From Desulfovibrio sp. (GTDB taxonomy: Bacteria > Desulfobacterota > Desulfovibrionia > Desulfovibrionales > Desulfovibrionaceae): a stretch of 64,000 nt of DNA. The notes beneath the pieces were generated by a model. The model searched no databases, was not told the DNA's origin, and saw only the letters and a list, made by a program, of their open reading frames with translations. Location of the stretch: positions 8,807-72,806 of the forward strand of contig JAFQNG010000005.1 of assembly GCA_017396005.1 (NCBI GenBank), in the 5' to 3' direction. The position numbers were made by a program, and so were the translations under genes. Positions 37,983 to 48,818 of this stretch are shown here, piece after piece. Position 1 is the first letter of the stretch, and the number at the start of each line of letters is the position of its first letter.

Positions 37983-39188
37983 ATGAAGCCTGTTGAGATC
38001 AAAAAAGATATTTTCTGGGTCGGCTGTGTGGATTATGACCATCGTGATTTCCACGGCTATTCCCGTTCGCCTGAAGGCACTACCTATAATGCCTATCTCA
38101 TCAAGGACGAAAAAAATGTCCTGATCGACACTGTTTCCGTAGGTATGGGCGGTACATTGCTCTGCCGTCTGGCCAAGACCCTGCCGCCGGAAAAGGTGGA
38201 CTACATCATCTGTAACCATATGGAGCTGGATCATCAGGGTGCGCTGGCCCAGATAGTGGAACGCGTCAAGCCTGAAAAGATTTTTGTCTCCCAGACCGGC
38301 CTCAAGTCCATGGCCGGATATTTTGCCGGCAAGGACTGGCCTGTGGTGGCTGTCAAGAGTGGTGACAGCATCAGCATTGGCAAGCGCACCATTGTTTTTC
38401 AGGAAACGCGCATGCTGCACTGGCCTGACAGCATGGTTTCTTACATCCCTGAAGACAGGCTTCTTATCAGCAATGACATCTTCGGACAGAACATCGCGAG
38501 TTCGGCCCGTTTTGCAGATGAGTTCGGCGATGACGCTGAGATGGAAAAGCGCATCAAGGAATATTTCTATAATATCGTTCTGCCCTATTCGCCCATAGTG
38601 CTCAAGGCCCTGCCTATTGTGGAAAGCCTGGATATTGACATGATTGCGCCTGATCACGGTCTGATTTTCAGGGGCGAGAAGGCAGTGCGCGGCATCATCG
38701 AGCGCTACCGCGTCATGGCTGAGCAGAAACCGCAGCAGCGTGCCCTGGTCATGTACGACACCATGTGGCATTCCACAGAGCATATGGCCTATGCCGTGGT
38801 GAGCGGTCTGGAAGAGAATGGTGTGCCCACCCGTCTCATGTCGGTCAAGCAGAACCACCACAGCGCCATCATGACCGAACTGGCTGACTGCGGCGCGGTA
38901 GTGGCAGGCTGCCCCACGCACAATAACGGCATTCTGCCCCATATGGCAGCCCAGCTTGCCTATATGAAGGGCCTGCGTCCCCTCAATCGTGTGGGTGGGG
39001 CCTTTGGCTCCTATGGCTGGTCGGGGGAAGCGCCCAAGCAGCTGCAGGAGGCCCTTGCCGGCATGCAGATGGAGATGCCCGCCGAGCCCGTGCGTTGCAA
39101 CTGGGCACCAGACAAGGAAACCTTCCGTGCCTGCCATGAACTGGGCAAGGCTGTGGCTGAATGTCTGAAAAAGAAATGTCAGGGTTAG
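37983..39188 (+). CDS. roo: Flavodiiron protein (rubredoxin:oxygen oxidoreductase)
   Basis: GTTYNAYL, HMELDH, HWPDSM, PDHG, FGSYGWSGE. Confidence 0.93.
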   Translation: MKPVEIKKDIFWVGCVDYDHRDFHGYSRSPEGTTYNAYLIKDEKNVLIDTVSVGMGGTLLCRLAKTLPPEKVDYIICNHMELDHQGALAQIVERVKPEKIFVSQTGLKSMAGYFAGKDWPVVAVKSGDSISIGKRTIVFQETRMLHWPDSMVSYIPEDRLLISNDIFGQNIASSARFADEFGDDAEMEKRIKEYFYNIVLPYSPIVLKALPIVESLDIDMIAPDHGLIFRGEKAVRGIIERYRVMAEQKPQQRALVMYDTMWHSTEHMAYAVVSGLEENGVPTRLMSVKQNHHSAIMTELADCGAVVAGCPTHNNGILPHMAAQLAYMKGLRPLNRVGGAFGSYGWSGEAPKQLQEALAGMQMEMPAEPVRCNWAPDKETFRACHELGKAVAECLKKKCQG

Positions 39189-39367
39189 AGCAATACATGG
39201 TTCATCGTATGGGAACTTGCGGCAGTTTCTGCTGCTGATCTGCAGGGGGCGTCCACAGGGGCGCCCTTCATGCTATGGTCTTCCCTACATTTGCTTGGCG
39301 TTTGACTGTTGTTTCGGGCTGTGCTAACGGCATTCGTAAAATACAGTACATGAAACCGGAGATCTGT

Positions 39368-39802
39368 ATGAATGATTATTTGAAAGAGGCCATTGCCATA
39401 GCTCAGGCGCAGGCCAGTGTGCGTGTTATGAATGAAGAGGAGATTATACTCTTTATTCAGAATGTCGCCAATAATCTGAAGTCCATTGCAGAATCAGATG
39501 AGAAAGAACCTGATATGCCTACAGCAGAGATGATTGCGCAGGCTCGTAAATCCATTAAGGAGAAGGAGGTCATCTGTCTGGAATGCGGCAAGACCATGAA
39601 GGTCATCACCGACCGTCATCTCAGACAACATGGTATGGATGCCGCGCAATACAAGAAAAAGTGGGGCATCCATAAGAGAGTTCCCCTGACGTGCAAGTAC
39701 CTGGTACGCGAGCGCAGTACAAGAATGCAGGCAATGCAGCTTTGGGAAAAACGCCACTCCAGACAGGAGATGGAAGAGCATGACGACAGTCAGTCTGCAT
39801 AG
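39368..39802 (+). CDS. MucR/Ros family regulator
   Basis: ICLECGK..K....HL..HG, YKKKWG. Confidence 0.88.
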   Translation: MNDYLKEAIAIAQAQASVRVMNEEEIILFIQNVANNLKSIAESDEKEPDMPTAEMIAQARKSIKEKEVICLECGKTMKVITDRHLRQHGMDAAQYKKKWGIHKRVPLTCKYLVRERSTRMQAMQLWEKRHSRQEMEEHDDSQSA

Positions 39803-39846
39803 AAGCGGCGGCCCGGCATAAAGCCGTGCCGCCGTTTGGGCTGTAC

Positions 39847-41619
39847 TTAGAAAATACCTCTGACGCGACCGGTTTCGGTATCTACATCTACCCGACGGAA
39901 AGAGGGGTTGGAGCCTGTGCCAGGCATCAGTGTGATAACGCCGGAAACCGGCACCACGAAACCCGCGCCACCATAAATCAGTACATCGCGTATGCGCAGC
40001 CGCCAGTCCTTGGGTGCACCCTTACGGCTGGGGTCGTCAGAAAGGGAGAGGTGGGTTTTGACCATGCACAGGCCCAGTTCTGCCGCATCATCGCGCTGCT
40101 GTATGACAGCCAGCTTCTTTTCAGCCTCTGCGCTGAAGTCCACGCCGTCCGCACCGTAAATTTCACGCGCTACCAGTTCAATGCGCTCCTTGAAAGGCAT
40201 GTCCCAGCCATAGAGCGGGGTGAAGTCGCTCTTGTCGGCGCAGGCGTCCATGACAGCATCAGCCAGTTCCAGTGCGCCTTCACCGCCGTGCTCCCAGTGG
40301 GTGGAGAGGGCCACCCGTGCGCCTTCAGCCTCGCACAATTCGCGTATTTTGGCTATCTCGGCCTTTGTGTCTGTAACAAAGGCATTGATACAGACCACAG
40401 GGGATACACCGGATTTTTTTACCGTGCGGATATGATGCAGCAGATTGCAGCAGCCGGCTTCCACAAAGCCCACGTTTTCGCGTGAATACTCTTCGGGCAG
40501 GGGGCGGCCGGGCACAGGTGTGGGCGCGCCGCCGTGGCTCTTGAGGGCCCGTACGGTGGCCACCACGACAGCGGCGTCAGGCTTCAGGCCACTGTAATGG
40601 CATTTGAGGTTCCAGAATTTTTCATAGCCGATGTCTGCCCCGAAGCCGGATTCAGTGACATGGTATTCGCTGAGCTTGAGGCCGATGCGGTCGGCTATGA
40701 CCGAGCTCTGGCCAATGGCGATATTGGCAAAGGGACCGGCATGCACAAAGACCGGCTGGCCTTCTATGGTCTGGATGATGTTGGGGTTGATGGCCTCCAC
40801 CATCCAGGCAGTCATGGCGCCGTCCACTTCCAGGTCGGCCGTGGTTACGGGCTTGCCGTCGCGGTCATAGGCCACGATGATTTTGCCCATGCGGCGGCGC
40901 ATGTCAGCCAAGTCGCGTGCTATGGCCAGAATGGCCATGACTTCGCTGGAGACTGCGATGTCGAAGCGTGAGCGCATCATAAAGCCGTCACTTTTGCCGT
41001 TGACGCCGTCCATACCAATAATGATATTGCGCAGGGACTGGCAGCAGAAGTCCATGACCCAGCCCATGTTTACATTGGTGGGGTCAATGTTCAGGCGGGG
41101 CATTTTGGAGAGGGCCAGCAGCTTCTCGTCATTGTAGTTGCGCTCATGCTGCATGCGCGAGGTCAGCGCCACCATGGCCAGGTTATGGGCGTTCATGACG
41201 GCATTGATGTCACCCGTGAAGCCCAGGGAATATTGTGTGAGTGGGATGCACTGGGAAAGCCCCCCCCCGGCTGCCGAACCCTTGACGCCCATGGTGGGGC
41301 CGCCTGAAGGCTGACGGATGGCGGCTGAAATGCGCTTGCCACGACGGCCCAGGCCCTGTACCAGGCCGATGGTGGTGGTGGACTTGCCTTCGCCCAGGGG
41401 CGTGGGGGTGATGGCGGTTACATCTACATATTTGCCATTGGGGCGGTCGCCCAGGCGCTCCAGCACGGCGCGAAAGTCCACCTTGCCCATGTAGTGCCCG
41501 TAGGGCAGAAGTTCGTTTTCTTCCAGGCCCAGATCCCTGCCGATCTGGTAGACGGTTTTCATGCCTTGTTCTGCGTCCTGGGCAATCTCCCAGTCAGCGT
41601 GTTTTTTTGGGTCCAGCAT
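39847..41619 (-). CDS. fhs: Formate--tetrahydrofolate ligase
   Basis: [34 protein letters not shown]. Confidence 0.97.
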   Translation of the reverse strand: MLDPKKHADWEIAQDAEQGMKTVYQIGRDLGLEENELLPYGHYMGKVDFRAVLERLGDRPNGKYVDVTAITPTPLGEGKSTTTIGLVQGLGRRGKRISAAIRQPSGGPTMGVKGSAAGGGLSQCIPLTQYSLGFTGDINAVMNAHNLAMVALTSRMQHERNYNDEKLLALSKMPRLNIDPTNVNMGWVMDFCCQSLRNIIIGMDGVNGKSDGFMMRSRFDIAVSSEVMAILAIARDLADMRRRMGKIIVAYDRDGKPVTTADLEVDGAMTAWMVEAINPNIIQTIEGQPVFVHAGPFANIAIGQSSVIADRIGLKLSEYHVTESGFGADIGYEKFWNLKCHYSGLKPDAAVVVATVRALKSHGGAPTPVPGRPLPEEYSRENVGFVEAGCCNLLHHIRTVKKSGVSPVVCINAFVTDTKAEIAKIRELCEAEGARVALSTHWEHGGEGALELADAVMDACADKSDFTPLYGWDMPFKERIELVAREIYGADGVDFSAEAEKKLAVIQQRDDAAELGLCMVKTHLSLSDDPSRKGAPKDWRLRIRDVLIYGGAGFVVPVSGVITLMPGTGSNPSFRRVDVDTETGRVRGIF

Positions 41620-41824
41620 TATCTTCTCCTTACGGTGATGTGCCTGTAACTGTCGTTGCCCCGTTTATGCCGCAAGTACGTCTCGGCGGCAAGCAGGAGA
41701 TAAGGCACAAGGTATATCGGTGGCAACAGGGATGTAAAAAGCCCCTGACGGGGCTTTGGGCAGGGGACCGGAAGGGGAGGAAGGGGCCCCTACCGGCAGG
41801 CATTTGTATGATGCTGATCAGGCA

Positions 41825-43411
41825 TTAGAAGGAATAAGCAAAGACCAGCTGGGCCTTGTAGCCGTCTTCTTTTTTATAGCTGCCGGACCAGCTGCGTTTC
41901 CAGGTATCGTTGTCGATCATATTGATGACATAGCCCAGTTCCAGATTGACGTCGAAGTTCTCGTACATCTTGTAGTTATTGATGAGGTTGAATTCCATGA
42001 GTCCGTCATTGGTGGTCAGGTAGGGCTCGCTGCCAAAGCCGTCAGACCAGGAAGTGGCGCTGCTCATATACTTGACCATGGACGGGCTGTTGGTTCCGCC
42101 GCGGTAGGATGCAATGAAGGTATGGCTGAGGTCCTCCACAAAGCTCATGTCGCGCACCTGCAGGCCAATACCCCATGTACCGGCATAGCTCATGAATCTT
42201 TCGTAGGTGGAGCCCACAGGCGCCCAGTCCACATTGCCGGCACCGAGGAAGGGCGTGAAGCTGCCCGCAGGAGCAAGAGAGGGCATACGTTCGGAGCCGT
42301 TCTTGATATTGCCGTCATCACCGCTGGCATACCAGCCAAAGATGCCGGGCACACCCCAGTCCATCTTGTATTCTACCAGGGCCTTGGCCAGCCAGCCCTC
42401 GCGTTTGGTGCTGCCGCGCACGACATCGTTAGGATTGCCACGTTTCTGAACATCATAACGGCCCATTTTTTCCACATAGCCGTAATTAATGTCAAATTCG
42501 ATGTTCAGCGGATCCCACAGGGTCAGGGCCACAGGCAGACCTGCCCAGAACATGGACCCCCAGACCTTCTTGGTGGAGGGGTCTCTGCCAGGACCTGTAT
42601 TGTAATTCATTTGCGGCGTTAACCCAGACATCGTATACAACAGGGCACCATCGTTGGTAGACCAAGTATGCTCAGGATTTTCATTATCCAAGTTGCGCAG
42701 GGCATTCTTGCCCTGTATGCCGTACATGACCCAGGGGGTGGCTTCGATGCCGTCAAAGGTCAGAGGCAGGGTCAGAGCAAAGAGGTCCATATTGTCCAGC
42801 CAGTTGGCTTTGTTGCTACGGCTGCCCTCAGGACCTGAGCCATCAAAATTATCATTGACCGGACGCATCCAGAAAGCGGTCAGGCCCACATTGTCGTTGA
42901 ACTGATAGGAGGCCACCACAGCAGCGGCATCACCGTCCATAACAGCCGCACCACCGGCCACGTTGGGCAGGGCAATGCCCTGCAGGCCCATACGCAGTTT
43001 GAGGTCGGTATCCGGCACAGCCCAGTCGATATAGGCGTTCTTGACTTCGACTACCTGGCCGTCAGCGCCCAGTGCACCGCCAGTTTCACTGTTACCCCAA
43101 GTCTGGTCGCCGATTTCAAAAAAGACTGTACCAGACAGGGATTCGGAGGCCACAGCATCTAACTGTAACTTCACGCGCTGTATGGCACCGAACTGGTCAT
43201 CGTGATTAGGTTTCGATCTTTCACCATCGCTGTTCTTACTTCTGCTGTACAGATCCCCATCGCCCACGCCAAAGCCTACCAGCCATTCACCGGAAGCCTT
43301 GAATTCAATGGCATTGGCTCCCCCCACAGAGCCCAGCAGCATGCCGGCGGCCAGCAGCACTACCATGCACTGCTTTTTGAAACGTGCCAGAGTCTTTCCT
43401 TCGTTTCTCAT
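41825..43411 (-). CDS. Desulfovibrio-type outer membrane homotrimeric porin (chromosomal)
   Basis: ANA-IEFKASGEW, QLDAVASESLSGTVFFEIGD, FAYSF. Confidence 0.92.
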   Translation of the reverse strand: MRNEGKTLARFKKQCMVVLLAAGMLLGSVGGANAIEFKASGEWLVGFGVGDGDLYSRSKNSDGERSKPNHDDQFGAIQRVKLQLDAVASESLSGTVFFEIGDQTWGNSETGGALGADGQVVEVKNAYIDWAVPDTDLKLRMGLQGIALPNVAGGAAVMDGDAAAVVASYQFNDNVGLTAFWMRPVNDNFDGSGPEGSRSNKANWLDNMDLFALTLPLTFDGIEATPWVMYGIQGKNALRNLDNENPEHTWSTNDGALLYTMSGLTPQMNYNTGPGRDPSTKKVWGSMFWAGLPVALTLWDPLNIEFDINYGYVEKMGRYDVQKRGNPNDVVRGSTKREGWLAKALVEYKMDWGVPGIFGWYASGDDGNIKNGSERMPSLAPAGSFTPFLGAGNVDWAPVGSTYERFMSYAGTWGIGLQVRDMSFVEDLSHTFIASYRGGTNSPSMVKYMSSATSWSDGFGSEPYLTTNDGLMEFNLINNYKMYENFDVNLELGYVINMIDNDTWKRSWSGSYKKEDGYKAQLVFAYSF

Positions 43412-43498
43412 ACGTCTCTCCTCTCACGGTGCTGAAAATGAATTTTTTTTTCGAATTGGACCAGTGAAAAATCGCACAGGACTGGAAGTTTGTCAAGG

Positions 43499-43515
43499 AA
43501 AATGAAATTCATTTT
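43499..43515. promoter_or_regulatory. Fur-box-like palindrome upstream of porin
   Basis: AAAATGAA-A-TTCATTTT beside minus-strand TTGACA (43491-96). Confidence 0.6.
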
Positions 43516-43544
43516 GTTATTCATGATTCCTGATGGGAGAGTTC

Positions 43545-44210
43545 TTACAAGGCTGTCTTCGTTATGCCGCCATTCTGTATGGTGACAAAGGACGAGGCAG
43601 TTTGCTTCAGAAAATCTTTGTCATGTGAAATAATTACTCTGCCAGTAGGAGTATTTTGCAGCAATGTGATTATTTTTGATCTGGAAGCGTCATCAAGAAA
43701 GGTCGTTGGTTCATCAAGAAGAAGCAGTTCTGGCCGCATGGAGAGAACAGAAGCAATGGAAATCATTTTTTTTTCGCCACCAGACAGCTGATGTATGGGC
43801 CTGTCGGCAAATTCAGGCATACCAATGTTCTCAAGAGTTTCCAGGGCCCTGTCGCGTGCTTCGCGGCGAGTCATCCCGAGATTTAGAGGACCAAAAGCTA
43901 TATCTTCCAAAACAGTAGAAGAAAAGAGCTGTTCATCACTGTTCTGCAGAACAAAACCAATAGTACGTCGCAGCTGATGCAGTATTGCCCCCTGTGTTAC
44001 AGGACATCCATAAAACAGAATCGTTCCTTTCTGTGGAATTTCCAGACCTGTCATGATTCTGAAAAGCGTTGTTTTTCCACTGCCATTGGGTGCATGTATG
44101 CCTATGTAATCATCAATATGTAGCGATAAACATAAATTATCAAAAAGAACTGAATGTTGATTATATCCAAAAGATATATTATTTAATTCTAGAATATTCT
44201 GGTTAGTCAT
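43545..44210 (-). CDS. ECF transporter ATPase (NikO/CbiO)
   Basis: APNGSGKTT, LSGGEKK, LLLDEPT. Confidence 0.9.
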   Translation of the reverse strand: MTNQNILELNNISFGYNQHSVLFDNLCLSLHIDDYIGIHAPNGSGKTTLFRIMTGLEIPQKGTILFYGCPVTQGAILHQLRRTIGFVLQNSDEQLFSSTVLEDIAFGPLNLGMTRREARDRALETLENIGMPEFADRPIHQLSGGEKKMISIASVLSMRPELLLLDEPTTFLDDASRSKIITLLQNTPTGRVIISHDKDFLKQTASSFVTIQNGGITKTAL

Positions 44211-44952
44211 GACAGTATATTATATATAAATCTGCACAGAGCAGGATTAAAAGAACAGTAAAAAATGATAAAATAAAGAAAATATCATGATTATGCATCT
44301 TGAGTTCTGCAGTGGTATGAAAATGACCGTTAAATCCTCGTAGCAGCATTGCCTCATATACTTTATGAGATTTGTTGATACTGTTGATGATGGTCAGGCC
44401 AAACATATTTCCTATAGTTCTATATGTATGCAGGGATGTATTTGGGGAAAATCCACGCAGTTTTGCTGCTGTTTGCAGCTTTTTCCATTCATTGCTAATG
44501 TCATAGATATATCTATATGTAAAAAGAAAAATAAAAACAAGTTTAACAGGGCAGTGTAGTCTCTCCATTGCATAACCAAGTGTAGGGAGATCCATATCTG
44601 CTATGGTGGAGATATATATCAATAGAATAGCATTGCATTTTAACGTAATATGTACTGCCAGTGTAATCCCCTCAAGGCTGAAAGCCAGAGGGCCAAGCGT
44701 CAGGATGTTTATTCCCGGCATCGTCAGAGGAACAGTCAGCCAGACAAACAGAATGAAAAAATTTGCTACAAAAAGGCGCTGTAGTAATAACTGCCAGGAT
44801 GGCGTCCACCTCAGGGCAAAAATTGCTGCCAGCATAAGGCCTGCACATGATATGGTGATGCTCTGGATAGCCGAGAAGCAGAAAGCAGTTCCCGCGGCTG
44901 TCAGCAAGAGAGTTCTGGGGTCCATAGTCTGCAGTGCCTGCCCTGATGCCAC
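44203..44952 (-). CDS. ECF transmembrane component (NikQ/CbiQ)
   Basis: MDPR, FTYRYI, AAKLRGF, YEAMLLRGF. Confidence 0.88.
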   Translation of the reverse strand: MASGQALQTMDPRTLLLTAAGTAFCFSAIQSITISCAGLMLAAIFALRWTPSWQLLLQRLFVANFFILFVWLTVPLTMPGINILTLGPLAFSLEGITLAVHITLKCNAILLIYISTIADMDLPTLGYAMERLHCPVKLVFIFLFTYRYIYDISNEWKKLQTAAKLRGFSPNTSLHTYRTIGNMFGLTIINSINKSHKVYEAMLLRGFNGHFHTTAELKMHNHDIFFILSFFTVLLILLCADLYIIYCHD

Positions 44953-44970
44953 AATGCATTCCTTTCCTGT

Positions 44971-45579
44971 TTATTGTTGACGTGGCCTGTAGCGTATGTA
45001 TGTGGCCAGTCCCAATAATCCCAGTATCCAGCCTATACCTCCGATAATGTCTTGCAGCGTTGGTGTACTGTCCTGTTGTGCTGCAATGGCCTGTCTGATG
45101 GGGGTGAGCTTGCTGTCCATGATTTTACCGATAAGCTCTTCCAGCTCATTGCAATCTATGCCATGCAATGTCTTTGTCACGGGCGGCTGGGGAGCAGACT
45201 CTGTTTCCTGCCTGGCAGGCTGAACAGGCAGAAGAGCTTCGAGCTCTTCAGCTTCTATCTGCCAGTGGTTCTGATGGCCTTCGCCGGCATAGAGCTGTAT
45301 GTTCAGCCCATGTCCACTCTCAAGAAAATTCATATCAGGGTGAAAGCGAAACATGCCCTGCGTATCGGTTGTTCCTTCATGCAGTATAACACCAGTTTTC
45401 AGATCGCTGAATGTCAGCTTTCCATGTGTAACTTTTTGACTTTTACTGAAATAACATTCAACCTGAATTGCATCACCATCCACATAGGCAAAAATATTAA
45501 CGCGATGGGCAAAGCCTGTACCTGAGAAACAGATAACGAGGAGACAGGCAAGGCAATATCGTACAATATAGTACTGCAT
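44971..45579 (-). CDS. NikL/CbiL-like component
   Basis: AHRVNIFAY, AGEGH, DIIGGIGWILG. Confidence 0.75.
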   Translation of the reverse strand: MQYYIVRYCLACLLVICFSGTGFAHRVNIFAYVDGDAIQVECYFSKSQKVTHGKLTFSDLKTGVILHEGTTDTQGMFRFHPDMNFLESGHGLNIQLYAGEGHQNHWQIEAEELEALLPVQPARQETESAPQPPVTKTLHGIDCNELEELIGKIMDSKLTPIRQAIAAQQDSTPTLQDIIGGIGWILGLLGLATYIRYRPRQQ

Positions 45580-45588
45580 AGCGTTACC

Positions 45589-46194
45589 TTATGATTGTGC
45601 ACATCCCAGTAATCCTGGTCTGTTTTTAGCAATATATGATACTATTAATACAGTTAAACAACCTTCTATTATCATAATGGGTATATGTGCTGTAAACAGT
45701 ATTTTTGCTGAAGTTAAAAAACCTTCATTGGATAGTGCAAGCGCTGCAGCAGTACACAGAGATGCTCCGGCAACAGAGAGAGCACCACAGCAAAAAGCGC
45801 CAGCTATACGAAAAATATTGTTTTTGCAAAGCCAGGAGCGAAAAAGACAGTGACAAAGAAGAGCGGGAAAAGCCATGTCAAAGGTATTGATTCCCAGAAC
45901 AGCAATGCCACCATATCGAAAAAGAACAGCCTGCAGAAGCAGGGCCACAAGAAGAGCCGGGAAAACCGTCCAGCCAAGAAAGAGCCCCAGCAGGCCATTA
46001 AGGATCAGATGCACATTTCCCGGTCCGAGCGGTACATGAATCAGTGAAGCTACAAAAAAGAATGACGCCAGAACCGCGGCAGTGGTCAGGCGGCCGTAAT
46101 CAGCCTTGTGCAGGCCGACATACGTTCCTGCTGCGGTCAGAACATAGCCGCAGCTTAACAGTACAGGCGAAAGGACACCTTCAGAAATATGCAT
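45589..46194 (-). CDS. ECF substrate component (NikM/CbiM)
   Basis: MHISEG N-terminus, SLIHVP, GLLG. Confidence 0.9.
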   Translation of the reverse strand: MHISEGVLSPVLLSCGYVLTAAGTYVGLHKADYGRLTTAAVLASFFFVASLIHVPLGPGNVHLILNGLLGLFLGWTVFPALLVALLLQAVLFRYGGIAVLGINTFDMAFPALLCHCLFRSWLCKNNIFRIAGAFCCGALSVAGASLCTAAALALSNEGFLTSAKILFTAHIPIMIIEGCLTVLIVSYIAKNRPGLLGCAQS

Positions 46195-46266
46195 GATCGT
46201 TCTCAGCAGGCAGTTAACAGCGCCAGCGGAGGAAGACAGAGGCACTTCCTCCGCTGGCGCTGTATG

Positions 46267-47037
46267 TTACCTTACAGACGGAGCAACAAATTCCATCCAG
46301 ACCACGGCACCAAGTTCAACATCCTTCTGTTTGCCCTTATAGGACATTTTTTTGTCAGATGTGTTCAATGCGGCAAATCCCCACCATCCTGCAAAGGGGA
46401 TCCCATATGTAAATACACCGTCTGCATCAGCTCTGACCACCTGCGTCACCATACAGGCATTGGGGGCCGTATATTTTTTATCGCGGTTATAGTATTCTAT
46501 CTCTACTTCTGCGCCGGGGACAGGCTTTCCATCAAGCAGTACCTGACCGCAGAATACGTTCCCGGCATAATTGCCAAACGGTCGTGTCAGCGGGATGATC
46601 TCGGTCTTCAGGCCTGCAGGCTGATCCCATCCCTCTTCTTCACCAAAAGCAGCCACATAGGTCTTGGTATAGTGGATGATGAAGCAGTCTTCAGCTTCTT
46701 CCCAGTAGGGCTGGGGCTCCATGACAAACTGATACACGCCAGGCTTCCTGATGGTATACTGGCCTTTCCAGGCATCATGATCCATAATTTTTATGGGCTT
46801 CAGCGAAGTTCTGATATCACTGGCCTTACCATCTGTGATAACCTGAAAGGCTTTGGGCGCGGTCAGCGGCATGCCGGCCTGCTCCATGGGGTGACTGAAG
46901 GAAAGCTCAATGTCGATAGTTGCATCTTTCCTGTTTTCGACAATGGAGTCAGAAGGAATGACCATGCCGAAATGGGCAAGGGCCGTACTGCTGAGGGCAA
47001 GTGTAAGAACAAGCGCTAAAAGGCTGGATTTCCACAT
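46267..47037 (-). CDS. DUF4198 periplasmic protein (NikK-like)
   Basis: AHFGMVIP, FSHPME, PYWEEAED.FIIHYTK, GWWGFAAL. Confidence 0.85.
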   Translation of the reverse strand: MWKSSLLALVLTLALSSTALAHFGMVIPSDSIVENRKDATIDIELSFSHPMEQAGMPLTAPKAFQVITDGKASDIRTSLKPIKIMDHDAWKGQYTIRKPGVYQFVMEPQPYWEEAEDCFIIHYTKTYVAAFGEEEGWDQPAGLKTEIIPLTRPFGNYAGNVFCGQVLLDGKPVPGAEVEIEYYNRDKKYTAPNACMVTQVVRADADGVFTYGIPFAGWWGFAALNTSDKKMSYKGKQKDVELGAVVWMEFVAPSVR

Positions 47038-47067
47038 GGGATTGACTCCTGTACGTTTTGTATGAAA

Positions 47068-47094
47068 GTGCTACGTTTTTAAGAAACGTAACAC
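47068..47094. promoter_or_regulatory. Candidate NikR operator
   Basis: GTGCTACGTTT-5 nt-AAACGTAACAC, 10/11 palindrome upstream of the ECF operon. Confidence 0.75.
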
Positions 47095-47223
47095 TGCTCC
47101 TTCTAAGCAAAAAAGTCAAGTCAGCGATACTTTTTACTTCAGGAGCCGCAGGTCAGCTCCTGCTTGACCTTTAGCATCAATAGGCTAGTGTCTGGTGCAA
47201 ATCAATTTTCAGCCGGAGACCAT

Positions 47224-48654
47224 ATGGACGAAAAAGCAATGAACCTGGCACCTGTCATCCTTTGCGGCGGCAGCGGCACACGCCTCTGGCCCCTGTCTCG
47301 TGAAAGTCACCCTAAGCAGTTTGTGGACATGGGCAGAGGGCGCAGCCTCTTTCGCGAAACACTGTGCCGGGCCATTGCTGCACCGCATGTCATGCGACCG
47401 GTCATTGTCTGCAACGAGGCCTATCGCTTCTATGTGGCTGCCGAACTTTTTCAGGAAAAGACTGATGCCGACATTCTGCTGGAGCCTGCTGCACGCAATA
47501 CGGCCCCGGCTGTGGCCCTGGCTGCCCTTGCCCTGACCGGGCGCGGTAATGATCCGCTTATGTGCGTCATGCCCTCTGACCATGCCATCAGCGATGCCAA
47601 TGTCTTTTATGCGGCATTGGGCAGAGCCGCCGCGCTTGCTGCACAGGGGCGTATCGTGACCTTTGGTGTAGTGCCGCATGCCCCGGAAACAGGTTTCGGC
47701 TATCTGGAGCAGGGCGAAGCTCTGGGACAGGAGGGTTTTGCCGTAGCCCGTTTTGTAGAAAAGCCTGATGAAGAAAGGGCCAGAGCCATGCTTGCCCAGG
47801 GCGGCTATTACTGGAACAGCGGCATGTTCGTGCTGCAGGCCTCAGTCTATCTGTCGGAGCTGGAGCGACTGGCCCCGCAGATATATACAGCCTGTTGTCA
47901 GGCATGGGAGGCGCGTACGCAGGATGGCGCCTTCTGCCGCCCCGAAGAGAGGAGTTTTCTGGCCTGTCCCGCGGACTCCATGGATTATGCGGTCATGGAG
48001 CGCACCAGCCTTGCTGCCATGACACTGCTGGAAACAGGCTGGAGCGATCTGGGCTCGTGGGAGGCCTTTTATCAGCAGGGGCAAAAGGATGACGGAGATA
48101 ATGTCTGCGCAGGCGATGTGCTGGCCGTAGACAACAGGGGCTGCTACCTGAGCGCCAGCCACCGCCTTCTGGCGGCAGTGGGTCTGGAAGATCTGCTGGT
48201 GGTGGAAAGTCAGGACGCCGTACTGGTGGCTCCGCGAGATCGCGCTCAGGATGTAAAAGAGGTCGTGGCACGATTGCGCAGGGACGAAAGACGCGAATAT
48301 CGCGAACATCCGCTGGTGCAGCGCCCTTGGGGCAGCTATGAAACGCTGGCTCTGGATGCGCGTTTCCAGGTCAAACGTATCATCGTCAAGCCTGGCGCGG
48401 AGCTTTCTCTGCAAATGCATCATCATCGGGCCGAGCACTGGGTAGTCGTCAGCGGCACGGCCCAGGTGACCAATGGCGAAGAAGTGCGTCTGTTTACGGA
48501 AAACCAGTCAACGTATATTCCGGTTGGAGCCCGGCATCGCCTGAAGAATCCCGGGGTTATTCCTCTGGTGCTGATAGAGATACAGTCCGGCGCATATCTG
48601 GGTGAGGACGACATCGTGCGTTTTGAGGACGTCTACGGACGGCATGAGGGCTGA
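47224..48654 (+). CDS. manC: Mannose-1-phosphate guanylyltransferase/mannose-6-phosphate isomerase
   Basis: GGSGTRLWPLSR, RFVEKP, RPWG, HHRAEHW. Confidence 0.95.
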   Translation: MDEKAMNLAPVILCGGSGTRLWPLSRESHPKQFVDMGRGRSLFRETLCRAIAAPHVMRPVIVCNEAYRFYVAAELFQEKTDADILLEPAARNTAPAVALAALALTGRGNDPLMCVMPSDHAISDANVFYAALGRAAALAAQGRIVTFGVVPHAPETGFGYLEQGEALGQEGFAVARFVEKPDEERARAMLAQGGYYWNSGMFVLQASVYLSELERLAPQIYTACCQAWEARTQDGAFCRPEERSFLACPADSMDYAVMERTSLAAMTLLETGWSDLGSWEAFYQQGQKDDGDNVCAGDVLAVDNRGCYLSASHRLLAAVGLEDLLVVESQDAVLVAPRDRAQDVKEVVARLRRDERREYREHPLVQRPWGSYETLALDARFQVKRIIVKPGAELSLQMHHHRAEHWVVVSGTAQVTNGEEVRLFTENQSTYIPVGARHRLKNPGVIPLVLIEIQSGAYLGEDDIVRFEDVYGRHEG

Positions 48655-48818
48655 TGCCCGATTTGCAATGAAATCGGCAAAACAAAACGCCGGCGCACAT
48701 ATGGCTTCCGGCGTTGTTCCCGTGATTTTGATTTCCCGGCCCCGGCACCTGCCATGGGCCGGAAAATCATATGGGGAGGGGAGTATCTGCAAAGCCGGGC
48801 TAAGCCCGGCTGCGTATC

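Noticed and set aside
41620-41824. ZTP or THF riboswitch upstream of fhs
   Set aside because: Hairpins present but I could not find the conserved cores by eye; an Rfam scan would be needed
47038-47220. Cobalamin riboswitch before cbi-like operon
   Set aside because: No B12-box seen; a NikR-type palindrome is present instead
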